From sequence record OR455461.1: DNA of 64,000 nucleotides. The stretch is one strand, 5' to 3'. The position numbers were made by a program, and so were the translations under genes. Of this stretch, positions 1-9,545 are shown one piece after another; the stretch's first letter is position 1, and every line of letters starts with the position of its first letter. Under the pieces are notes generated by a model. It made no database searches. It was not told the origin of the DNA and saw only the letters and a program-made list of their open reading frames with translations. This DNA is from Staphylococcus phage AH12.

Positions 1-660
1 ATTAATTCTTAATGGTAATAAATTAATTAACTTACGTTTTTTATATCCATCATCTGAGTTTAATAATCCTGCAACAATTGATCTAGGGTTAGCATACTCT
101 TCATCAATCTTATTAAAGTTACTATAACTCATTACTGCTTCACACTTAATAGCAATATCAATATTATCTTCAGATAAATCAACTGCATTAATATCTACAT
201 CTGATTTTTTAATTTTAATATGACTGAAGAAATCAGTTAAGTCAGCTCCTTTACCGTCTTTACCTCTTGTTAAAGCTGATTTAGTTACTAAATAATCTCC
301 TTTAGTAGTTAAAATAACTAATACACTATTACCGTCATATTTTTGAGTAATTAATAATTGTTTACCATTTAAACTTTTATCATATATCCATTCAGATAAT
401 TCTTCTACAGAATTAACCTTAGAAACTGTTCCTACTAATTCAGGATATTCATGAGAAACATCTACTAACTTTTTACCTTTAGAAGGTAAAGCTCCACCAT
501 TAAATGGACGGTACTTTTCATATTCTCTTAATAATTTGTCAAACTCTTCATCAGTTAACTCTGGTTGGTCTGATGTGTTATAATATACATAAGATTGATC
601 CTCTAAATATTTTTGTACTTCATCTAAATTACTTTCATTTACTTCGTTAAATTTTGTCAT
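1..660 (-). CDS. ligA: NAD-dependent DNA ligase, N-terminal part (gene continues beyond window start)
   Basis: Minus-strand ORF starts ATG at 658-660 (AAGGAG upstream) and reads MTKFNEVNESNLDEVQKYLEDQSYVYYNTSDQPELTDEEFDKLLREYEKY (LigA Ia-domain pattern), then KYDGNSV (KxDG adenylation motif) and TRGKDGKGADLT (LigA TRGDG-like). No stop before position 1. Confidence 0.55.
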   Translation of the reverse strand, partial: MTKFNEVNESNLDEVQKYLEDQSYVYYNTSDQPELTDEEFDKLLREYEKYRPFNGGALPSKGKKLVDVSHEYPELVGTVSKVNSVEELSEWIYDKSLNGKQLLITQKYDGNSVLVILTTKGDYLVTKSALTRGKDGKGADLTDFFSHIKIKKSDVDINAVDLSEDNIDIAIKCEAVMSYSNFNKIDEEYANPRSIVAGLLNSDDGYKKRKLINLLPLRIN

Positions 661-679
661 TATCTTTTCCATCTCCTTA

Positions 680-964
680 TTAATATAAAAACGTATTGTA
701 CAACAAATCAAAAACAAAAATGGCTATTACACATACTATAAATGAAATCAATGTTATCAACGATCCCATAAATAATATGTGAGAATCTTTTGCACAGATT
801 GCCACAACAAGTGCAATTATTCCTACAATTATACTTATTATTGATCCCATTATTAAAAATGCTATTAATGCAAGAATGAAATTTACTGCAATTACCATTA
901 TCTTTTCTATCTCCTTATATAAAAAAATTATTAAATTAAGAGTAATGATGAAGTTAATCATCAT
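680..964 (-). CDS. small hydrophobic membrane protein
   Basis: 94-aa ORF with 2-3 predicted TM helices; AAGGAGATAGAAAAG ATG start context. Confidence 0.4.
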   Translation of the reverse strand: MMINFIITLNLIIFLYKEIEKIMVIAVNFILALIAFLIMGSIISIIVGIIALVVAICAKDSHILFMGSLITLISFIVCVIAIFVFDLLYNTFLY

Positions 965-1001
965 TACTCCATTTTTATAATATATATTTAAATAATAATT
1001 T

Positions 1002-1199
1002 CTAAAAAGAAGTCAAATGCCAGTATATAATAAATGTCAATGATAATGATAATACTATTTTTATTAAATTTATTTTTATATCTTCTCTAAACATTTCATT
1101 AAAAATTGAAATAAATAAAAATGAAATTTCTGTTATAAAAAAACTTAAACTAATAATACCAATCCAAAATAAAATAATCACATATATACCTAACAGCAA
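1002..1199 (-). CDS. small hydrophobic membrane protein
   Basis: 65-aa ORF, mostly hydrophobic. Confidence 0.3.
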   Translation of the reverse strand: MLLGIYVIILFWIGIISLSFFITEISFLFISIFNEMFREDIKINLIKIVLSLSLTFIIYWHLTSF

Positions 1200-2368
1200 C
1201 TTAAAAACATCCTTTCTCGTTTATCTTTTTCCACTTTATTAAATAAAGGACCAAAATATAAATTATCGCTTATTTTTTTATTTTCTTTTTCATATTCGAA
1301 AATTTCATATAACATATTAAAAGTAAAGTTATTACTTCTTATATAAGGAGTATCGTATAAGTTTGATACTGTATAAACATTCATAATGTAATATTTGATA
1401 GCTTCTAAGAAATTGTTGAATTTATATTCTTTATCATTTCTAAATAATTTTAAATAAAAATTATTTGAAAGTTCAAAGTCATATAACCTTTCAATTTTAA
1501 TAAGAGTATTAAATAGATGATTATTTTTATGGTCTTTATGATTCTCTATCAAATTATCTTCAATAATCTCAGTATCTAAAAATATAAATTTATTTCTTTC
1601 TTTAGTATATTCAATGATATTATGAATATTGCCATTCATCATTAAGTTTAAAATTAAACCATTACTATATTTATTGTCTAAATTTACAAATTCATTAATA
1701 AAGTCTGAAAACGTATCTTCTGAAAGGATAAAACGTGTAAAGTTACTCTCAATATCATCTGATGGTTCTATATATTCATAATAGCTATCAACATTATCAA
1801 TATCAAGAAAAATGGTAGACATCTTTGAAGTGTAGTATTTTTCGTCATTATCTAATTCATTAAAGAAATTATTATTTTTAGAAAATTCTTTAATTAATTT
1901 TTTATTAAAATCGTATGGATGTACAGTTAATGCACCTAACGAACTCATTAAATCTTCATCAGTTAATATATTTAAATATAACAATATAGTCTTAATATAA
2001 GATATCGAAACTACAAAATCTTTTCTTTCATAATTTTTAAAATTTTTTTCCATATCTAAAAATATTTCATATTGATTTACTTGATTTTCTTTAATTAAAT
2101 TACCTAAATACATTATTATTAAATCATCATTATTTTCATTTGATAATTCAATTAATGTATCTTTATATTTACTTAATTTATCTTCTATATCTTTATAAAA
2201 GATGGATGTTTTTCTAAAGAAAGTTTTACCACTAAAATAAATTAGGTAATCCATTAATTCTTCAAATAATAATTTTTCATCTTTTCTAATTTTCTCTTTA
2301 TTAATCTTTATATTATTATACTTATTCTCAATTAATAACAAATCTTTTTCTTCAATTACATATTTCAT
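1190..2368 (-). CDS. hypothetical protein
   Basis: 392-aa ORF; GGAGATGG RBS before ATG at 2368. Confidence 0.5.
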   Translation of the reverse strand: MKYVIEEKDLLLIENKYNNIKINKEKIRKDEKLLFEELMDYLIYFSGKTFFRKTSIFYKDIEDKLSKYKDTLIELSNENNDDLIIMYLGNLIKENQVNQYEIFLDMEKNFKNYERKDFVVSISYIKTILLYLNILTDEDLMSSLGALTVHPYDFNKKLIKEFSKNNNFFNELDNDEKYYTSKMSTIFLDIDNVDSYYEYIEPSDDIESNFTRFILSEDTFSDFINEFVNLDNKYSNGLILNLMMNGNIHNIIEYTKERNKFIFLDTEIIEDNLIENHKDHKNNHLFNTLIKIERLYDFELSNNFYLKLFRNDKEYKFNNFLEAIKYYIMNVYTVSNLYDTPYIRSNNFTFNMLYEIFEYEKENKKISDNLYFGPLFNKVEKDKRERMFLSCC

Positions 2369-2382
2369 ATCTTTTCCATCTC

Positions 2383-3090
2383 CTAATTAAATGATTTTGA
2401 TGCATAATGTGTTTTTAATTTTTTAGATATGTGTTCTTTATCTTCTTTATTTATTTGATTAAATAATCTTAGATTGAAGTTTTCCATTTCTTTAATTGAA
2501 TCTAATCTTAAGGCATAATCATCTAGCAGTGCCATAACACGAGCTCCATTCATTATTGAACTATTAAGCGAATCTTCACTTACTAAAAAATCTTTATCAG
2601 ACACTACTTCAGAATTCATGACAATTTTAAAACTGGTATTTTCATTATATTCTGAATTAATAGATTTTAAATAATTTATTAAAGTCTCTACTATTAAGAA
2701 TAATTTTATTTTTACTCTACTTATTGTTAGATGATTCTTAGTTGCGTTTATTTCAAATTTATGATTAAAATGTGAATATACAATATTAAATAATTTCTTT
2801 TCATTATAGTAGTCTATTATTTCTTTAAGAGAATCTATATTTAGTTTATCAGATAATACATATTGAAAAGCAGTAACTAAGAGTAACTCATATCTTCTAG
2901 CATTATCAAACAATTCATTGTCATCCATTTCACTTTCTTGTTGTTTAATCATGGGTATAAGTCTATCTATTTTCTCTGAATCACTTATTTTGCTATTATA
3001 TTTATTTTTCATTTCTTTAGTATCCATATAATCCATTAGATCTAATTTAGTTCTAATGGATATATTAGGATTTTTATTATAATTATACAT
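2383..3090 (-). CDS. hypothetical protein
   Basis: 235-aa ORF, tightly packed with neighbours; AGGAGATTAATATT ATG. Confidence 0.5.
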   Translation of the reverse strand: MYNYNKNPNISIRTKLDLMDYMDTKEMKNKYNSKISDSEKIDRLIPMIKQQESEMDDNELFDNARRYELLLVTAFQYVLSDKLNIDSLKEIIDYYNEKKLFNIVYSHFNHKFEINATKNHLTISRVKIKLFLIVETLINYLKSINSEYNENTSFKIVMNSEVVSDKDFLVSEDSLNSSIMNGARVMALLDDYALRLDSIKEMENFNLRLFNQINKEDKEHISKKLKTHYASKSFN

Positions 3091-3103
3091 AATATTAATC
3101 TCC

Positions 3104-3664
3104 TTATTTAAAATTATTTCTGACTAGATATTTTTTAACTTCTTTCTCAAACTCTATAGATAAATCTTCATAAAATTCTTTTTCTTCTTTAATATATTCC
3201 ATTAAAGCTTTTAAGTACATAATGTGATCAACTATAATTATCTTATTTAATGTTGTATTATAATATAAATATATTACATCATCTTTTGAAGAAAATTGAC
3301 TTAAAGTTTCTTGATTAGGTGTAAATAAATCTCTTTCTAACATATTGACAAAATCTTCAAAATTCTGGAACTTACCCGAATGTAAATCTAAAAATTCTTT
3401 TAATAAATTTATTAAATGATAATCAACAACGGAATGTCTAATGAAATTCTTTAAATCTTTTGACATTACTATCATGCTAACACCTTTTCTCATTAACTCA
3501 TGTTTGTAATTATTAAGTATATATGTTAAAACTTCATTTTCATCATTAACTTCATTATACATTCTTCTTTTATCATTAAAAGACATATCTTTTCTAATAA
3601 TTTCGTCAAAAGCCTTTCTATCTTTTTCCATTATATCTGCATTAAATATTTTTTCAATATACAT
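3104..3664 (-). CDS. hypothetical protein
   Basis: 186-aa ORF; AAAGGAGATTTTAG ATG. Confidence 0.5.
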   Translation of the reverse strand: MYIEKIFNADIMEKDRKAFDEIIRKDMSFNDKRRMYNEVNDENEVLTYILNNYKHELMRKGVSMIVMSKDLKNFIRHSVVDYHLINLLKEFLDLHSGKFQNFEDFVNMLERDLFTPNQETLSQFSSKDDVIYLYYNTTLNKIIIVDHIMYLKALMEYIKEEKEFYEDLSIEFEKEVKKYLVRNNFK

Positions 3665-3677
3665 CTAAAATCTCCTT

Positions 3678-5540
3678 TTATCTAAATATATTTTTAACTA
3701 ATTCTGATTTAAAACTCTTTCTCAATTTAGTAGATTTTTCTGGCATGTAATTATCTAAATAATCACATAAACCATTGCAGAACTCATTAATTGATAATCT
3801 ATTAATATTAATCTTGTCATATGATATAATTAATTCATTGACTTCAAAACTATATCTACCTTTCAGTTTCTTAGATATATTAGTTATTATAGTTTTAGCT
3901 ATTTTATCATATTTAATATCAAATACAACATCTATATCTAAATCATGTAATAATTCAATATTAATTCTATTTTCAAAATAATCATTTAAATCTTTAAAAT
4001 AATATTTATCAAAATTGATATCAATATCGTAAGTGAAATTATTAAATATAGTATTAATTATATCTATTTGATCTTCATTATCATTACCTTTATTGAATAT
4101 TAAAGGTGTAATAATATTACCTACGGATAGGTCAATATGGTTAATCTTACTTAATCCTTTTTGGTAGAAAATAGAATTAATATTCATTTTAATTCCAATC
4201 TCTATAACTTTTTTAATCTCCTTTTTATCCATTAATTTATTTATAATAACGCTATTATTAATTTCATTAATAATACGTTTTAATTTATAACTATTAGAAC
4301 ACATTATTAATTTAATTAATATATTAGAAATTTCAAATTCTTTTCTAGTAAGATTTTTCGGATCATAGAAATATTTAAATAGAGTATCATAATATTCTTT
4401 AGAACCAATTATACATCTTTGATTGGTTAAATATGATAATGATTTGAGTACTCTTGTTTTATTAATCATTTTATGTTTATTTAATTTATTCTTTTCTATA
4501 TAAATATCATTAATATAATGACCTAATAAATGATTACAATAAGGATCTCTATGTTCACTTGTAGATGAAATTGCTTGTATATTTTCTCTACTAGATACTA
4601 AATCTTTATCTCTGAAAGTATTTCTTCTAACAGTAATAATTTCATCATTAAATAAATCTATCAAAAGAATATTAGGTTTATAAATATCGTATAGAAATTC
4701 TTGTTTAATATCTTTATTAAAGCTATTATTCATTACTTTATTTATTAATATATAAATGAGATCTTCAAATTCATTAAAATATCTGTCTATTATCAATGAA
4801 AACAGATTATTCCCTGTTCCTTCTTTATAATCTATATATTTAGGCGATCTATAATATTCATGCTCATTAGTTAATACATTTAATAGACCTTGCAAATTTT
4901 CATTAGATTCTATTTTTGAACTTATATATTCTCTAACTAAGTTAATAAAATAATCATGTAAATTAATATTAGTATTTTTTATTTTAACACTACTCATTCT
5001 ATCTTTTGTTAAATATAATAATCTATAATAAGGAAATACTATATTTCTATTAAATTCATTTATATTCATACTAGATATTGATAAAGGATAATCTAAATTC
5101 ATAGATTTTAAATAAGTGATTACTATGCTAAAATATTCTATATCTGAAATATATTCGGTTATTACATTTCCTTGCATCTCTGTTCTTAGTTTTTCATTTT
5201 TATATTTGACTTCTAAAGTACTTAATAAATCTTTATATAAACTTCTTTCACGTGCGTCTAACTTACCTGATTTCAGTTGATCCTTTAAATATCTTATTGA
5301 TGTTTCTGAAGACATATATTTTTTATCATCATATATAAATTTTTCATATAAATCATCCATATAATTATAACTTATCTTATTTATTATTCCTATTGATTCA
5401 CTAAAATACTCTTCTAGAATATATTTAATTTTATTATCTTCAATATCAAATATATCAGATAACTTTAAATCAACACCTTCTAAATATTTAAAACTTTCTT
5501 TAATGTAGAACTCTAAACTTTCTGTCATTATCCAATTCAC
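3678..5540 (-). CDS. hypothetical protein (620 aa)
   Basis: Long uninterrupted ORF; AGGAGAGTGAATTGG ATA ATG. Confidence 0.55.
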   Translation of the reverse strand: MNWIMTESLEFYIKESFKYLEGVDLKLSDIFDIEDNKIKYILEEYFSESIGIINKISYNYMDDLYEKFIYDDKKYMSSETSIRYLKDQLKSGKLDARERSLYKDLLSTLEVKYKNEKLRTEMQGNVITEYISDIEYFSIVITYLKSMNLDYPLSISSMNINEFNRNIVFPYYRLLYLTKDRMSSVKIKNTNINLHDYFINLVREYISSKIESNENLQGLLNVLTNEHEYYRSPKYIDYKEGTGNNLFSLIIDRYFNEFEDLIYILINKVMNNSFNKDIKQEFLYDIYKPNILLIDLFNDEIITVRRNTFRDKDLVSSRENIQAISSTSEHRDPYCNHLLGHYINDIYIEKNKLNKHKMINKTRVLKSLSYLTNQRCIIGSKEYYDTLFKYFYDPKNLTRKEFEISNILIKLIMCSNSYKLKRIINEINNSVIINKLMDKKEIKKVIEIGIKMNINSIFYQKGLSKINHIDLSVGNIITPLIFNKGNDNEDQIDIINTIFNNFTYDIDINFDKYYFKDLNDYFENRINIELLHDLDIDVVFDIKYDKIAKTIITNISKKLKGRYSFEVNELIISYDKININRLSINEFCNGLCDYLDNYMPEKSTKLRKSFKSELVKNIFR

Positions 5541-5573
5541 TCTCCTTATTTATAAAAAATAATGATTTAACTA

Positions 5574-6194
5574 TTAAATAAAATTATCTTTTACTGCATA
5601 TTTATTCATTTCTTTAATTAATGATTCAACTATTTCTTCTTTTAATGAATCTAATAAAAACTTCTCTAAAGAATCTATAAATTGTTTGTATGTTAATTCT
5701 TTCCATTCTGATTTAATATTAATATATAAAGATCTTTGTCCTGAACTAAATGCTTCATATTCTTTATAAAATACTTTAGCAATTTCTTTGAATGTCTTCT
5801 TACTAATTATAGGTAATTCTTCTACATTATCTAAGAAGAAATAATATAGAGGATATACTTCATCTTCTGTATATATTTTAGAATCTATAGATATTTTTAT
5901 AGTATGTGCATCCAATTTTTCTTTACCACTATTGTTATACAGAGATATATCTCCTATTTCTAAATTATTTAAACTCATATCACTATTTTCCTCCATATCT
6001 TTAGATTTAGTAGAAGACGTTTTCCAAACTTCAGTAGTAGAAAAAAGATTATTTTGAGATGGAAGGTTATAATTTACTTTTTTTATATCTGTATGAACTC
6101 CAATATTATCTACATCTATATCAAATCTTTCAGCTAATTTTTTATATGTTTCCATAAAATCTTTATTAAAATCTCTATTAATTTTAATCACCAC
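5574..6194 (-). CDS. hypothetical protein
   Basis: 206-aa ORF. Confidence 0.45.
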   Translation of the reverse strand: MVIKINRDFNKDFMETYKKLAERFDIDVDNIGVHTDIKKVNYNLPSQNNLFSTTEVWKTSSTKSKDMEENSDMSLNNLEIGDISLYNNSGKEKLDAHTIKISIDSKIYTEDEVYPLYYFFLDNVEELPIISKKTFKEIAKVFYKEYEAFSSGQRSLYINIKSEWKELTYKQFIDSLEKFLLDSLKEEIVESLIKEMNKYAVKDNFI

Positions 6195-6248
6195 TTTTTA
6201 TTAAATAAGGAGTAATGATGAATTTAATCATCATTACTCCAATTATAT

Positions 6249-6626
6249 TTATTTTGAATCTTCTTTAATTTCTTTAACTAAATTATTTATTTCTGTAGAT
6301 GTTAAATCTTTAATATCATCTACATTTTCGAATTTTTCCATTAAGAACTCTAATTGATCTGGAGAAAGATCCATAATTGAATAAAGATCTTCTTCTTCTG
6401 CTTTATTGTAATCAATACTAACATTTAATGGACTAAAGTAAGCATTAAGTACTTTAGTGTTGTTATTTTGATATCTTTTTTCAAATGTAGTATTTAATTT
6501 AAAAGGATTACCTGTATATAACTCTACTAATAAACGTTTTCTTAAGTCTTCATTATTAGAGTACATATTAGTTAATTCATTAATAGCTTTGATAGATCCA
6601 CCGATCATCATGTTAGTTGTTTCCAT
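6249..6626 (-). CDS. possible terminal fragment (last exon) of RNAP beta-like subunit
   Basis: MMIGGSIKAINELTNMYS resembles beta FGGQRFGEMEVWALEAYG. It lies directly downstream of the intron array. GCGGTGAG ATG start context. Confidence 0.35.
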   Translation of the reverse strand: METTNMMIGGSIKAINELTNMYSNNEDLRKRLLVELYTGNPFKLNTTFEKRYQNNNTKVLNAYFSPLNVSIDYNKAEEEDLYSIMDLSPDQLEFLMEKFENVDDIKDLTSTEINNLVKEIKEDSK

Positions 6627-6654
6627 CTCACCGCAGTTATTCTAAATATTATTA

Positions 6655-6780
6655 TTTAGCTAGACTATATCATTACCATTTAAGGTAGAATATATTTAGT
6701 CGTTGAACACTAATTAAAGTGATGCTGATTAATTTAATAATCTCTCAGCAATTAATATTCTTTACATTTATACATTTCTA
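6655..6780 (-). mobile_element. mini group I intron-like element (copy A)
   Basis: Minus-strand reading gives AAUUGCUGAG (P-like), AAUCAGCAUC (Q-like), GUUCAACGACUAAAUAU (R-like), a hairpin, then GAUAUAGUCU (S-like); boundaries approximate. Confidence 0.55.
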
Positions 6781-6877
6781 TATAACGGAGCCTTTTATTT
6801 GACTCTGAGAGGATTGTTGTTTATTCTTGATCTGTAAAACTTAGACATTTATATTAACTATATTTATTTAAAAAATA

Positions 6878-6995
6878 GATTAGACTATATCATTACCATT
6901 TAAGGTAGAATATATTTAGTCGTTGAACCTCTTATTTGAGGATGCTGATTAATTCAATAATCTCTCAGCAATTAATATTCTTTACATACATATTA
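6878..6995 (-). mobile_element. mini group I intron-like element (copy B)
   Basis: Same P/Q/R/P8/S architecture; IGS-like GAAAUA sits 13 nt before the P3 strand GAAUAU. Confidence 0.55.
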
Positions 6996-7117
6996 TTTCT
7001 AATACATGGGACACAAAATTTATCCGGTGTTCTTGTGGGAATACCACTGTAATTATTAAAGTCAATTGATTTTGCACTTAATTTCTATTTTATTAATCTT
7101 TATAATATAATTTATAA

Positions 7118-7235
7118 AGTATAGACTATATCTTCATTCTATATTATAGAAGAACTATATTTAGTCGTTGAACACTATTTAAAGTGATGCTGATTATTTT
7201 ATTACTCTCAGCAATTAATAATTTAATAATTCTTT
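7118..7235 (-). mobile_element. mini group I intron-like element (copy C)
   Basis: Same architecture; P3 here is GAAUUAU/AUAGUUC, which covaries with other copies; P9-like hairpin CUUUAUAA...UUAUAAAG. Confidence 0.55.
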
Positions 7236-7283
7236 AATTTATATAAAGAACGGCAAATAATTTACCTGATGGTTCATGTTTTA

Positions 7284-8831
7284 CGAATCTATATTAACTT
7301 CATATAGATCCCAGACTATATCTTAAAGTCTATGAAGACCTTTCACTTATTTAGTCGTTGAAGCTCTTTAATTATATTTTCAATCTCTTTTAAATGGTCT
7401 TGTTTATAGTTTATTCTATAAAGAGGAATATTTTTATTGATACAATATTCATCTTTCATTTTATCTTTCATTCTAATCTCTTCTAATTTTTCTTTAGGAA
7501 ATCTGCTACTAGGATTTTTCCTAAAATGCTGTTCACCATCATATTCAATTAGTACATTATAATCTACTAAATAAAAATCAAATCTTAAATTTTGATTTAT
7601 TTTTAGATCTTCAAATGTTTTCTCAAACTCAACATTTGTATTCGTATCAATTAAATATTTTTCTATTTGACGGTGAGCTAATGAATTTGCATACTGTTTT
7701 GCACAAAAAGGACATTTATTTATAGAATCTTTAAAATATTCTGCTTTCATTTTAAAATTATTTCCACATTTTTTATGATGAAAATTGTAAATATTTTTAG
7801 TTCCCTTGAATTCATTATCTAGTATTAAATATTCATTTGAATTAAATTTTTTATTACATATTTCTAGAAATTCTTTTTTTGTTAAGAATTTATTCTCTAA
7901 GCTACAATGTGGACATTTATAATCATTATTTAACATATTATTTGCTAGCATATTAAAACTTCTGTTACATTTTTTATGAAGGAAATTATGTTTAGTTTTA
8001 ATTCCTTTAAACTTGTCATCTAATAATTCGTAATCATCATAATCTTTTCTATTTTCTTTCATTTTTTCATTAAATGACTTTTTATCGTATTTTAATAATT
8101 TAATTTTATCACAATTAGGACAAATAATAACATTATTTAAAAAACTTCCTCCGGTCATTTCAAATTCAGTTCCACAATCATCATGTTTAAATTTTGTTAT
8201 TTTAGAGAATCCATTATACTTTCCTAAAATAGAATACCCACTTATATTTTTCTCTTTTTTAGCCTTTTCTAAAAACTCTTCATTACTATATTTCACAGAG
8301 AAACAACAATTTGGGCATCGATTCATATTGTATAAAAATTCAGAACCTTTCATTGTAAAATATTTTCCACATTCTTCATGGTAAAACTTATGGTGTTTTT
8401 TAGTACTTTTAAAATCATCAATTAATTTATAACCTTCAGTACTTTTTCTTTTGTTTGCTTCTTCCATAAAAGTTTTATTATTGTATTTTAAACCATTTTC
8501 ACATTTAGGACATCTCTTAGAGTAATCTAAAAAACCTCTACCTGTCATTTCAAATTCAGTTCCACAATCAACATGTAATATTTTATGATTAAATTTATAA
8601 CCTTTATACTCTTCTAATAATTCATAATTTCCAATATTCTTTTCTTTTATTTTATTCATATATTCTTCATGTGTTAATTTTACCATTTATTTCCTCACCT
8701 TTCCAGACCAATAGAAAGGATTTTAATATAATTAAATTAGCATGCTGATTACTTTTAAAGCTTCTCAGCAATTAAAGTGATTTTTCATTTATTGTTACCA
8801 ATATAAGGAAGCTAAAACATAATTTGTCTTT
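7284..8831 (-). mobile_element. group I intron-like element carrying an endonuclease ORF (interrupts RNAP beta-like gene)
   Basis: The P/Q half is at about 8725-8790 (AUGCUGAUUA ... CUCAGCAAUUAA). The R/P8/S half is at 7311-7370. P9 hairpin GAUCUAUAU..AUAUAGAUUC is followed by G at 7284. The 447-aa ORF lies between the two halves and its C-terminus overlaps the R box. Confidence 0.5.
7343..8686 (-). CDS. intron-encoded zinc-ribbon-repeat protein with C-terminal PD-(D/E)xK (Vsr/DUF559-like) endonuclease domain; putative homing endonuclease
   Basis: Five repeats of an H-x2-CG-x2-F-x-M-...-CP-x-C zinc-ribbon unit; C-terminus RFDFYLVDYNVLIEYDGEQHF matches the Vsr/DUF559-type nuclease signature; the final codons (NLRQLNK) are encoded by the intron R box. 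Confidence 0.6.
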   Translation of the reverse strand: MVKLTHEEYMNKIKEKNIGNYELLEEYKGYKFNHKILHVDCGTEFEMTGRGFLDYSKRCPKCENGLKYNNKTFMEEANKRKSTEGYKLIDDFKSTKKHHKFYHEECGKYFTMKGSEFLYNMNRCPNCCFSVKYSNEEFLEKAKKEKNISGYSILGKYNGFSKITKFKHDDCGTEFEMTGGSFLNNVIICPNCDKIKLLKYDKKSFNEKMKENRKDYDDYELLDDKFKGIKTKHNFLHKKCNRSFNMLANNMLNNDYKCPHCSLENKFLTKKEFLEICNKKFNSNEYLILDNEFKGTKNIYNFHHKKCGNNFKMKAEYFKDSINKCPFCAKQYANSLAHRQIEKYLIDTNTNVEFEKTFEDLKINQNLRFDFYLVDYNVLIEYDGEQHFRKNPSSRFPKEKLEEIRMKDKMKDEYCINKNIPLYRINYKQDHLKEIENIIKELQRLNK

Positions 8832-9384
8832 ACTTCAGGTGATACAAATCTCCAACCATAAATGTTCTATTACTAACATCTAGTCGGTTTTTCTTAATAT
8901 TGTATTTATTGAATAAGTATCTGATTTGTTCAGATTCAATATTATCAAAGAAAGGTGCTTGATGAAGTACAATACCATTTTTAATAAAGTCTTCAATAGC
9001 TTCTTTAGTTTCTTCACTATCTAAACTATCAAATAATCTTACATAATTATCATAAGATACTTTATCTGCATCTTTGATATATTCTAATAAATATTCTTTC
9101 TGCTTATTAACATCATCTAACTTACTAATACGATGTCTAATAACGCTTGAAATATGATTTAATTCTAATTCCACTAATGCTGAAGGATTTCCTCTATTAA
9201 TAATACCCATATTATTATGAATTAAGTCTACTCTTTTCTTAATAGGAGTTTTATTATCTTTGGTGAAATCTTCTCCATCAAATTCAGTAATCATTGGCAT
9301 TTCATTATCTGGAACAATCTTAGCTACTACACCTTTTCCACCGTATCTTGTGCTTATTTTTGCATTTATGTTAATGAACTTCAT
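8830..9384 (-). CDS. rpoB-like: RNA polymerase beta-subunit fragment (exon c; real exon probably begins at 9362)
   Basis: KISTRYGGKGVVAKIVPDNEMPMI..GIINRGNPS matches the beta region [27 protein letters not shown]; it ends VGDLYHLK, comparable to VGYMYMLK. Confidence 0.7.
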   Translation of the reverse strand: MKFININAKISTRYGGKGVVAKIVPDNEMPMITEFDGEDFTKDNKTPIKKRVDLIHNNMGIINRGNPSALVELELNHISSVIRHRISKLDDVNKQKEYLLEYIKDADKVSYDNYVRLFDSLDSEETKEAIEDFIKNGIVLHQAPFFDNIESEQIRYLFNKYNIKKNRLDVSNRTFMVGDLYHLK

Positions 9385-9545
9385 AGACTTTACTAAGAAG
9401 ATCAGACTATATCATTACCTTCATATAAGGTAGAATATATTTAGTCGTTGAACACTATTTATAGTGATGCTGATTAATTTTATAATTCTCAGCAATTAAT
9501 ATTCTTTACATATAAATTTTCATTCATAAGGGACCTATTAATTTG
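9363..9545 (-). mobile_element. mini group I intron (183 nt) in RNAP beta-like gene
   Basis: The 5' exon ends GGAU and pairs with the IGS GUCC. Core boxes P, Q, R and S are present, with P3 GAAUAU/AUAUUC and P8 UACCU/AGGUA. The predicted join ...KKPLVHG|SKISTRYGGKGVV has exactly the same length as E. coli [25 protein letters not shown]. Confidence 0.6.

Noticed and set aside
6655-6780. Small hydrophobic peptide ORFs on the plus strand inside the repeat elements (MLINLIISQQLIFF...)
   Set aside because: Frame and length are not conserved between copies (16 vs 15-nt spacer changes the frame). There is no RBS. They are artefacts of the conserved ATGCTGATTA box.
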